In this document: positions 53,588-64,000 of the stretch, one piece after another
How positions within the stretch are numbered: position 1 is the first letter of the stretch
Layout of the letters: every line of letters begins with the position of its first letter
From: Eledone cirrhosa
Taxonomy: Eukaryota
Assembly (NCBI GenBank): GCA_964016885.1
Contig: OZ024741.1
Coordinates: forward strand, 189,596,001-189,660,000
DNA: 64,000 nucleotides
Direction: 5' to 3'
The notes under the pieces: model-generated
The model's database searches: none
What the model saw: only the letters and a program-made list of their open reading frames with translations
What the model was told of the DNA's origin: nothing
Position numbers and translations under genes: made by a program

Positions 53588-54161
53588 GTGTAATCTGAGT
53601 TTTTCGAATATTAATAATAATATTCGATTCGTTTGCAATTATGCAAACAAGCCAGATTTTTAAAGCATGTCAGTAGAATGAGCCCCTCATTCTTGCTCTT
53701 GTGTTGGCATGTAAACAGAACTGCAGACACTAATGTTTCTGGGTATCGCGCTTCATCAGTACAGTTCACTGTTCACCTGCCAAACTATCAGAGCTAGTGA
53801 AAATATATATTTTCTAAAATATATAGTAACTGATCAGTCAGATCTGCATATTAGCAGATCCACTGATCAGCCAGAGTTGCATATCAGCCAGATTTGCATA
53901 TCAGCCAGATTTGAATATCAGCCAGATTTGCATATCAGCAGACTGGCCAGTCAGTTTCCTGTATACGAGCGATTAATGGCTGGCTTTGCCACATTCAAAA
54001 TATAAAAAAAAAGTGTCTGTAGTTCTGTTTACATGCCAACACAAGAGCAAGAATGAGGAGCTCATTCTACTGACATGGCTTTAAAAATGAGGCTTGTTTG
54101 CATAATTGCAAACGAATCGATTATTATTATTAATATTCCAAAAACTCAGATTACATTTATT
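53581..54161. repeat. Inverted repeat, arms of about 150 bp (53581-53731 / 54012-54161)
   Basis: Direct comparison. The spacer holds a 17-bp tandem (atatcagccagatttgc) and a minus-strand CTGATGA..GAAA motif. Confidence 0.92.
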
Positions 54162-54223
54162 GTATTCAGCCATGTAGAGCGAACATTTCTTTTTTAAATA
54201 TATTTTATTATATATATATATAT

Positions 54224-54317
<94 letters not shown>

Positions 54318-54405
54318 TATACACTGCTATGTATTGAGTACCTTACTTATTGTGGTTACCCTTGATTGAACCTAGGATACACACACACACATACATTTAT
54401 ATATA

Positions 54406-54487
<82 letters not shown>

Positions 54488-54567
54488 CGAAGGAAATGTG
54501 GTAAGGAACCAGGTGGACCATAACGCACCAAAGTTCTCAATACTTGGGGTAGTAGAGTGGGTAATAG

Positions 54568-54660
54568 GAACCAGTAAGACCCCGACAGCTGAGCTCAAGC
54601 CGTTTCGACGGCTAATTAGCCGTCGAAACGGCTTGAGCTCAGCTGTCGGGGTCTTACTGG

Positions 54661-54663
<3 letters not shown>
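54568..54663. repeat. Perfect 96-bp palindrome
   Basis: gaaccagtaagacc...cggctaa|ttagccg...ggtcttactggttc. Confidence 0.97.
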
Positions 54664-54719
<56 letters not shown>

Positions 54720-54721
<2 letters not shown>

Positions 54722-56280
54722 ATGAAGTTGATTAGTTTTGATTGCCAGACGTTCTGTAATAATGTTTAATAATGAATATTGGACACGTAGGGATAGAAAT
54801 GATGATTTAGACATAACGATGGGTTCAAGCGACTCAGCCCAGGTTACGAACCTTTTTTGAATCTCATGCATAACCTACATCAGGAATTTGTTGGCCTTCG
54901 GGTGGAATATATAGAGACGATGCTATTTTACTTGTTAAGAACGTCAACAGTCAACAGCTTGAATGAAGAAAGAAAGCTATAAGATCCTTCTTTAAGCGCT
55001 TAAGCCTTAAAATATCCTTCGACCATAACTTTAGATTAGCTAATTTCTTAGATGTGACGTTAGACCTCCACTCCGGCCTATTCGAACCCCTCCACAAGAA
55101 CAAGAACAATCTGAATTATGTTAATAGGTATTCAAATCACCCAAGATTTATTATAATAGATAATAATCAACTCCATAGTTGGAAATGTGTTTCTTAGATT
55201 CTCCAGGTTGTCCGCCGCTGGCTCCACCTTCAATGCGTATGCGGACGCAACCTGGCTACGATGAACAAATAAGATTTATTCCTGATAAGCTAAGCAGGCG
55301 ACGAAATCATTGCTCCTCCAGGAATAGAACCAAAACGGACATCCAAAATATAAGAACCTAAATAACTGAAAGGAAACCTACACATCCGAAACCGTCGATA
55401 AATCCAAAACCAAATCTTCGTGTTTGAAATCACCAAATCCCTCTAGCTCCAAGTCTATGGTTTAATCCTCCACATAATGCGTTAGACACGACCAAAATAT
55501 CTTCTCTTTTCTTTAGACTAAGAGATCAAAATTTGCCTCCCTCACACGGGTATCATAGAATCTTAAATAGAAAAACAGTTCTATTGTCCTACTCTACCAC
55601 GGTAAACCTTAGCAGCTTCATTATAGGATTAAACAATAAACGCCTCCGAGAGTTTAACAGAAACAACCAACTTAAACAAGGGCAAGTATCTCACTCCACA
55701 ATCAGAACAACTAACCGACCATCTTGCCAACCCTCCACACAGGACAGGGATACGTCCAACCATCTTGATAGATCGAACAAAGTACGTGCGAATCTAATAC
55801 AACCTCCCAATATCTCAAATACCACCACAAATGTAAAAACAAATGATGATCCCATACACTTTGCATGGACACACTACAACTGTAGGCAACCTAATAAATG
55901 TCCTTTAATAGGAAAATGCATGTATAAAAACATTGTTTACCAATGTGTGGTCAAAACCAAACTGGGGACCTATAAATATGTGGATGCTACACCCAACTTT
56001 TTTTTTAAAGATGGTAATTTTTTAAAGATGGTATTCATTCAAGAATCCCGGGCTACGTAAATCAACCGCACTAGCCGAAAAAAATCTGGGATTTAAAACG
56101 GGATAATATGGATTACCCACTTTCTTGGTCAGTGTTAAGATTCGCCTGCCCATACCAAAATGAAAGACGTTCCTGCAATATTTGTGTGATGGAAGTGTTG
56201 GAAATTATGACTGGATCAGATCTGTTGAACTCTCGACACGACAGAATCTTTAACTGTCAACATAAGACATTATGCTTACT
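54720..56280 (+). mobile_element. Decayed Penelope-like element (RT C-half + Cys-rich GIY-YIG region), second clade
   Basis: DITMGSSDSAQV, YRDD, NFLDVTLDL, YVNRYSNHP, WFNPP, LSYS, CRQPNKCPLIGKC..NIVYQC, Y.....CNIC..E. Confidence 0.85.
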
Positions 56281-56284
56281 ATTT

Positions 56285-56469
56285 GCGGTGGATTGGCAGT
56301 ATCGGTAGTGGGTCGGACGCCATGCTTTGACGTTTAGAGTTACGGCCCTTGCCATTCTGAGTTCAAATCCCGCCGAGGTTAACTTTGCCTTTCATCCTTA
56401 CGGGGTCGATAAAATAAAGTACCAGTAATGCACTGGGTAATTGCTGGCCTTGTGCCAAAAGTAGAAACA
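56285..56469 (+). mobile_element. SINE family A, full copy with 16-bp TSD
   Basis: TSD attatgcttactattt at 56269-56284 and 56470-56485. Confidence 0.92.
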
Positions 56470-57047
56470 ATTATGCTTACTATTTTTGTTATTTGTATAT
56501 TAAATTTCGATTCAGAATTTTTCGATATATCAATGTTTTGTACTCCAGCTTTGTCAGCAGTAAGTAATGTTTATTGCAGAAATGAGATACCTACACCTAG
56601 GAGTATAACCATTTTTTTTTCTTCCTGCCTGTAAAATGTTTTTCTTGTCCTTTTTCTGATGAAGTGCAATCACAGACATGTAATGCATATGAATGAACAT
56701 TGTATAATATAGTCAGTGGATGTAGACTGTTATGAATTGTATAGAAACATATGTTAAACATTGAACACAATAAATTTCTCCTACTGTCCACTTCTTCCTG
56801 CCTAGGTTTTCCTGTTTTATCTGATACCATATTTATACTTCTAAATACTCCGTGACTTTTTCCTTGGAAATTGTACCATAACCTTTTTAAACCTATGCTA
56901 CACACTACAAAGAACATTTTGAGAAAAAATATTTGTTAAAAATATTTGTTAAAAATATTTGTCCTCCATATTTATTTTGTTTATGCATTCACCTCAAACA
57001 TAATTGATTTGATCTACACAAACAAAATTTAATTTATCTTCCCGTAT

Positions 57048-57143
<96 letters not shown>

Positions 57144-58939
57144 TTAGTTTTGATAAAATAAAGTACCAGTAATGCACTGGGTGATTGCTAGCCTTGTACC
57201 TAAAGTAGAAACAATTATTAAATCTACTTATGTCCTTGTGGTGGAGGGGCGTAGGCTTATAGTGTACTAATACCACCCTGTCAAAGACAGAGGCCAACGG
57301 TGAGATCAGGTTACATTCAAGCTGGTCGTGAGTGCTAGAAAGTGCCCCGAAAAATATTTTTTCCAAAAAAGATACTTCCTTAACAAAGCTATATATATGG
57401 CGTCAGCACAGTATATTGTATAGTCAGAAATTACGATTAGCAATTAGAAACGTTAAATTTATGTTTAGAGTTAAAAGATGCCATTTAAGATGAAATTAGA
57501 AAAGTAAGATTTAGGTTTAAGGTTGGGAGATTAAGTTAAAGAATTTACAGAAGGAGGCTTTTAAGAAAAGGTATAAGTGTATTATATATAGTCACGATAA
57601 AGTTTCAGAGTGGAATATAAAGTAAAGATTAAGCCCATGCTTAGCGGATATTTACCAGTGACGTTGCAGACCCCCGGCCAGCCCGGGGTCCAACGGCGTA
57701 TCAACCGTTCCGAGTATTTTCGTCTAGCGAAAGAAAGGGAAATTTATTTTTCCAAGCACTCCAGGAATGTTTTAAGCACCGGGTGTGCTAGTGGGAAGTC
57801 CGCCACCGTCAGCTGGCTATCGTATATACCTAGCAATTACTAGTTATTCACACTGGTGTGGATTTAGTTAAGTGCTAGTAGAAGGAGGCATGATAAAGTT
57901 AAAAGTTATGATTAAGCCTAGAATTTAAAGGTACTGTTTGGCAGTCAATACCCGGTTGCACAACAGATTCCAAGTCTGACAGGGCCCCAGGACGAAACAT
58001 CCGCTCCGAGTATTTTCGTTTACCGAAAGAAGGGAAAATTTAATTTTTCCAAGCACTCTAGGAAGGCTGATCGACCCAAGCGCCTGGCGTGCAGTCGGGG
58101 AAAGCCACCATATCCGTCGGATCATCGCGTGTACCAAACGATTATTAGTTATTCACACCTGTGATGTGAAGTTGAAAAGTGGTAAAATCTGATGAAATGT
58201 GTCAATAGACTATAGTTAGTCCCCAGTTAGTCCGGATTATATGTAGTGTAAATCTTCAGTGGGTAGGGGGAATGAATAAAGATAAACAGATATAAGGGTA
58301 CAGAGAGTAATATTCTAGGGTGGTGTGCTAATGAGTACAAGGATAAGTATATAAGGGGGGGGGGGGCGAATAAATAAAAACACAAATAATATAAATAACA
58401 ACAGAAGTAAAATACATAAATAAAATGCAGTCAAACCTAGGGTGGTGATGTAGGGAGTAAAATGGAAGTATATAAGAACATATCGAAGAAATCACTATAC
58501 ATAAGAAATAAAATACAAATCAGGTGCAGTAAATGGACAATATATAACACGGTTGGAAAATACAGGGTTATACATATAGATATAAAGGATGGAAGAGTGG
58601 AAGAGGTATCAGGTGATACGTAGTGTAGGTTCGAGTCTTAATTTTCAATGTGAATCCCAAACGCCCCGAAATATAGGATAGAGAATTCCGTCAATACAAT
58701 ACAGAGTATAGTATATGTTGCTTTTTATAGAATATGTTGCTTTTTTTTAAGAATCTATGAGGTCTGGCGTAGTCTGAGTATTCACGACAGGGAAGCAGCA
58801 ATGCATGGTCCGGGTGGGCGGTAGACATATCTAAATGTAGCCAAAATCCGAATGGTGTGTAGTTAGTCCCATGCTGGTGATAGCTGCACACTGGAGCCAG
58901 GGCCTCTGAAAGCGCTCGACATTTCCTGGAGCATTATTC

Positions 58940-59390
58940 CTTTCATCCTTACGGGGTCGATAAAATAAAGTACCAGTAATACACTGGAATAATTGCTGGC
59001 CTTGTGCCAAAAAGTAGAAACAACTATTTATTTCCCTGTATGATCTGAGTTCAAATCCCGCCGAGGTTAACTTTGCCTTTCATCCTTACGGGGTCGATAA
59101 AATAAAGTACCAGCAATGCACTGGGTAATTGCTGGCCTTGTGCCTAAAATAGAAACAATTATTTATTTAGGTTTTATTATTTATTTAGGGCGGTGAATTG
59201 GCAGTATCAGTAGAGGGTCAGACACCATGCCTTGCAGCATAGAGTTACGGCCCTTTATGGTCTGAGTTCAAAGGCCGCCGAGGTTAACTTTGCCTTTTAT
59301 CCTTACGGGGTCGATAAAATAAAGTACCAGTAATACACTGGGATAATTGCTGGCCTTGTGCCAAAAGTAGAAACAATTATTTATTTAGGT
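58940..59390 (+). mobile_element. Cluster of three SINE A copies (two 5'-truncated, one full)
   Basis: Copies at about 58940-59030, 59040-59162 and 59188-59382. Confidence 0.9.
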
Positions 59391-59522
59391 TTGTTGGTTC
59401 ACCACTGGATAGAACTGGTCATTCCGTGGTCAACCTCGATGTAATATTATGGAGAGCACTTGACGTAATATAACTCACCCGTCTTCGTTTGTGTTGGTGG
59501 TGCGAGTACGGAGTTAATTATT

Positions 59523-59816
59523 ATAAAATAACAGCAGGCTGGACTGGTGTAATTCCTTAAAAGGTTTATTATACTATGATCATTTCAGTGACCGGGTTCA
59601 GTATTAATCCGGTGACATCATCAGTTATTCGAAATATAACAAAGGAATATAATAGACAAAATCCATGGTGCTGAAAATCAGAGACATGAGGGCGGCCGAC
59701 CATTTAGTAGCTACCAGCCCGGTCAACCGCCTTCATACTGAACCCAGTCATTGAAATGATTATGGTATAATAAACCTTTTAAGGAATTACAACAGTCCAA
59801 CCTCCTGTTATTTTAT
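59523..59816. repeat. Diverged inverted repeat (arms about 80 bp) with a minus-strand hammerhead-like motif at 59571-59628
   Basis: 59523-59603 versus 59735-59816; ataa-CTGATGA-tgtcaccgg..ccggtcact-GAAA-tgatca-TA-gtat. Confidence 0.8.
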
Positions 59817-60900
59817 CTTTCTTGGTTGTCCATCGTGAACGATGATGACATCTTCTTTATTTTAGTTCTCGTCTGCCGTGGGCACGAAGGTGGCTGTGGA
59901 GGTCGATCCTTGACTTGCAGGTCCGAGGTCAGTGGAGGCAGGGGAAGAGACCGGAGTCGCTTGGGGCAGCTGTTGATGCCTTTCTCCTCCTTTCACGGGC
60001 CTCAGTGACCTCTGCCCGTCTCTTCTCTTCAAAAGAGTCTTTGGCGCGTCTGGTAAGAGCTCGCCACTCAGTCCTGTCCTGAGCATGATACTCGAGTTGT
60101 TTTGGCGCGAATCCAGTGTTGTTGATACTAGACTTCATGCAGTCTTTGAACCTCTTGAGAGGCCTGCCCCGCTTTCGTTTCCCCGAACAGAGTTCCCCAT
60201 ACATCAGTTGCTTCGGAAGCCTGGGATCGTCGATCCGGATGACATGTCCCACCCATCGAAGCTGGCTCTTCAGTACCATAGCTTCGACACTGGTTGTCTC
60301 AGCCATGTCAAGAACTTCGAGGTTGGAGACCTTGTCCTGCCATTTGATGTTCATGATTGACCGCAGGCTGCGCATGTGGAACCGTTCCAGCTGCTTCAGG
60401 TGCCTTCTGTACAGGGTCCATGTCTCACATCCGTAGAGGAGGCTTGTGAGAACAACAGCCCTGTACATCTTGAGCTTGGTGGACTGCCTCATGTTGTGCT
60501 GGTTTAGGACACGTGTCCTCAGGTGGCCAAGGGCTTGACTGGCCTTGCAGATCCTAGCATTTATCTCCTCGTCGAGGCTTCCATCGCTGCTGATGACACT
60601 GCCGAGGTACTTGAAGTTGTCCACCGTCTTTAGCTGTGTGCCACCGATGGAGATGGAAGGAGGGTGGATGACGGAGGCAGCTGCAGGCTGGAGCAGGACC
60701 TCAGTCTTGCCAAGGCTAATTGTGAGACCGAAGAGGCAGGAGGCCTCCGTGAACTTGTTGACGATGACTTGGAGGTCAGACTCCCTGTGGGCCATGAGGG
60801 TACAATCATCAGCAAAAAGTGCCTCCAGGACGATCCTCTGCGCGGTCCTTGTCTTGGCCGTCAGGCGCCGCAGGTCAAACAGGGAGCCGTCCAGTCCGAT
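59817..60900 (-). mobile_element. 5'-truncated RTE (BovB-like) LINE
   Basis: DGSLFDLRRL, LFADDC, FKYLGS, LLYGCETW, LRWVGH, RGRPLKRFKD, C-terminal CLHx..C..GLLSH-like finger; short UTR ending caagaag. Confidence 0.93.
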
Positions 60901-60915
60901 ATTTTATTATATATG

Positions 60916-61004
<89 letters not shown>

Positions 61005-61370
61005 ACATCGTCCGCCACTGCACGCAGTCTCTTTTCTCGCTTACACTACTACAGTCAAAACATGTCAGTTCTCTCTCATCACACTTGTTAGGACTTATGT
61101 CCGAAAAAAGTTTGTTGACTTGATATTTTTCCTCTCTTTACGTTGCTTTACTTTTCGTGTCTGTTTACGTTTTTTTTTTTCTCCCTCTCTCCCTTTTTAT
61201 CCCAATAACTTATTTTAGTTATTGATCGCACTAGGTTAAGTTATATTGTCTCTAACGCGAAGAAATATCGATGATTCCGAGCAGACAACTGATGATGGAT
61301 AATACCCTCTTTCGCCCGTAACTTTTTTATTTTCATTATACTTAATTGCAACCACACAAATACATATATA

Positions 61371-61887
61371 TCTATATATATATATAAAACTGAGGATGTC
61401 TGTCTGTGTGTGTGAGTTTGAATCCCTAAAACTAGAGAAGCACCCAACCGACTGTTTTCAAACTTTACACATGTAATACTTGTTTCAGGGAGTGTTCTGT
61501 GCAAAAGAAATTTCAAATTTTCAATGCCCTAGGGACCGCATTAGGCGATTTAGCGATCTCTCTCTCTATAATTCTTAGTCTTTCTCTTTTTAGATAGATA
61601 CATACATATAACGTCGCGCCCTTATAATATCTGTCTGTATGTCTGGTGGTCTGCTCCCTCCAGTTATTCTGCCACCCTGGCTCAAGACAAATCTCACACT
61701 CATTTCCCAAACAGTTGGTAAGTGCACACAACTTCTTCCTCACGTTTTAAGCCACAGTGTTGCTTACTTACGTACCACCAGGCCCTTACTGCTTTGCCAG
61801 CCGTGGTTGTGGCAATACTAAGCCTAGCTAAGGCGGTTATATATTTCACTATACCTTATCCCGTGCAACGCCGGGTACCACTGCTAG
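61371..61887 (+). mobile_element. Non-autonomous Helitron
   Basis: 5' A|TCTATATA..AAAACTGAGG; 3' hairpin cccgtgcaacgccggg + CTAG|T; no TSD. Confidence 0.8.
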
Positions 61888-62639
61888 TATATAATATATA
61901 TATATTTATAATATATATATATATAATATATGCCTTGCGAATGCAGAGTCAGGTTCTATCTATAATAGATCTTGCCTTGAGCTGATCGTCGGAGGAACAT
62001 ATGTAATATGTTAATAAATTGTGTTTTGATGCATCACTGATTCCTCGTTATCCATAATACATATATATAAGGAAAAGAAATTGAAAATGCAACTGGAGTC
62101 ATTTAAGAATATTTATTTATTTTACCGGTTTCACAGTTCTTATGATTTTCAAAAGTAAAATTGAGATGGGGGTTTGTGTTTCTGCGAAATAAACCACAAC
62201 AACCATCCAGATGTAGAAAACTTGCAAACGAAGGATCCGGGAGATTCTTCAGCAATATAAGCCAGTTCAAAAATGACCGAAAATGCATAGCATTTTGGGA
62301 AGGAGTGTGAATGATGAAAATGAAAGAATAGATGAACAAGAAGCAGAAGGGAGATAGATATAGAATATAGGAATACAGAGATGGGGGGAGAGAAGGCATC
62401 TGTAGATCGTTTGTGTAGTTTTACGGACAGCAACTAGACATCGGTCCAGATTGTAGAGTATACAGACAACTGTAGAGTGGTAGTGTAGGCATGTAGGTAC
62501 AGCAGTAGAACAGTAATACAGATGCTTATTCCACAAGCAGTGGTAGAGCTGGGATTTTGATTGTCCGGAGAGCAGTAGAACAAGGATGTGAAGATTGTGA
62601 GAGCAACAATAGAATAAATACAACAGTAGATTTTATATT

Positions 62640-64000
62640 AATTAGACAGAGGACAGCCATATGATCGAAATAGTTTATGTTCAGTTTGAAGCTCCAAATG
62701 TCAACATATTTAAGAAGAAAGTAGATTGGGTGGAAATTCCAGAGCCTAGTAATTCTGGGGATAGGAATTATTGATTAAAATGTTTTATGAAATGTTCGGG
62801 CAAACAACATACGAATTTTCTGTCAATTCTAGTACAGATTTTGCAGTGGTACATGCAGGGCCTCTAAGAGAAATTTTACATGGTGGTACAAGACTCTTTT
62901 GGGGCCCGAAGCAGGCTAAGATCTTTCACAAAATGAATGTTGCATGGTTGCTGTGGGGCTTTCTTTGGCTCTTTGACCTCGGTACAAAGTACCGACTGGA
63001 CACCCCGCCTCTCATAGGTCCTGGGTACATGTGTGAGTTAGACATGAAAGACCGTTAGAGATTGTGACGATCGATTTTGAGAGTGTTAGCCGTGTGTTGT
63101 TCTTGATTAAGGGGGCTGCAACACCTTCCCTTAAAATGAGTGGTAATTGTGTTTCTATGCTGTTTAGTCCTAGACCAGTACGGGTCGGGTGGACTTAGGA
63201 TTAAAGGTATTCCAGCCATGATTTGTGTTTCTTTTTCCAGGCATATAGTATCTGGACGTTTTCTTTTTATTAAACGGAGGAATGAATTTTGAGATTTAGC
63301 TGTTACTTCTAGCAAATCGAAGGACCATATAGAGGCGCCTTCGTTGGATCGTCATGTCTCCGCTGATGAATGTATTTAGATGGGGTTATTGTTAATGGGA
63401 ACAATGCAGCTTTGCCATGAACTGTCTATGTTTTGTGAATATATGCTAACTGTATGCTGAAGGTTAGGAACGAACGAAAGATGGTATCATTTTTATAGGA
63501 ATGCGAACTTTTATAGGAATCAGTAACATACAAAATGAACAGTCTTGAAACAGTATTAGAGATATAACAGATCTTTGGAGTACATCACAGTTGATAAAAT
63601 GGCGATGGAAGAGAATCACGTTAGCACCCAATTCAATGGAACGGTCTAACGGTCTTCCGATCAAACAAGATGACAGGTTGGCGGAAGCTAAAGATAAGCA
63701 ACTTATCTAGGAGGTATTTATGTCAGACATGGACCAAAGATTTTGCAGCTGTGAAAGCTACCAACATTGCTTTCATCGACACTGTAAAGAGCAAAGGACT
63801 ACAGGTGTTTGGTGCTGGCCCGTCATCGGGTGCTGGGTGGGCACTCTACTTCACATTAACTTTAAGGCGGAATTTCGGAATAAGCATATACCTGGAAATC
63901 TGAGGCTATACCACTGAAAAGTAAGAGACAGTGCCATCCAGTATCCACCCTCGTCGACGGGCTCGGTTTGATAAGAAAAAAAGCATAATACTGATGGAGG
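62640..64000 (-). mobile_element. Ancient CR1/Jockey-group LINE remnant
   Basis: Broken motifs: V*HKYLLDKL, INCDVLQRSVISLILF (compare INSGVPQGSVLSP), PRITRLWN near 62740. Confidence 0.55.

Overview
AT-rich, microsatellite-dense eukaryotic DNA made almost entirely of transposable-element debris, with no convincing host protein-coding gene. The tRNA-derived SINE families and the RTE LINE with a PHD-like finger resemble those I recall from octopod cephalopods (inference, no database search run). Contents: a decayed Ty3/Gypsy gag-protease; a 5'-truncated R4/Dong-type (RLE) LINE and two fragments, all at (ACAT)n arrays; several RTE-clade LINEs; Vingi-like and CR1/Jockey-like remnants; Penelope-like elements (RT + GIY-YIG); many SINEs; mariner, hAT, piggyBac-like and Helitron non-autonomous elements; and several tandem arrays. 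The most striking structure is fold-back DNA at every scale, from an 18-bp hairpin to a spacer-less 2.5-kb palindrome. Several of the fold-backs carry type I hammerhead ribozyme motifs. One is a miniature LTR element (LTR-PBS-PPT-partial LTR) that ends in an inverted copy of its own 5' terminus and has a 4-bp target-site duplication. All coordinates and alignments were read by eye.
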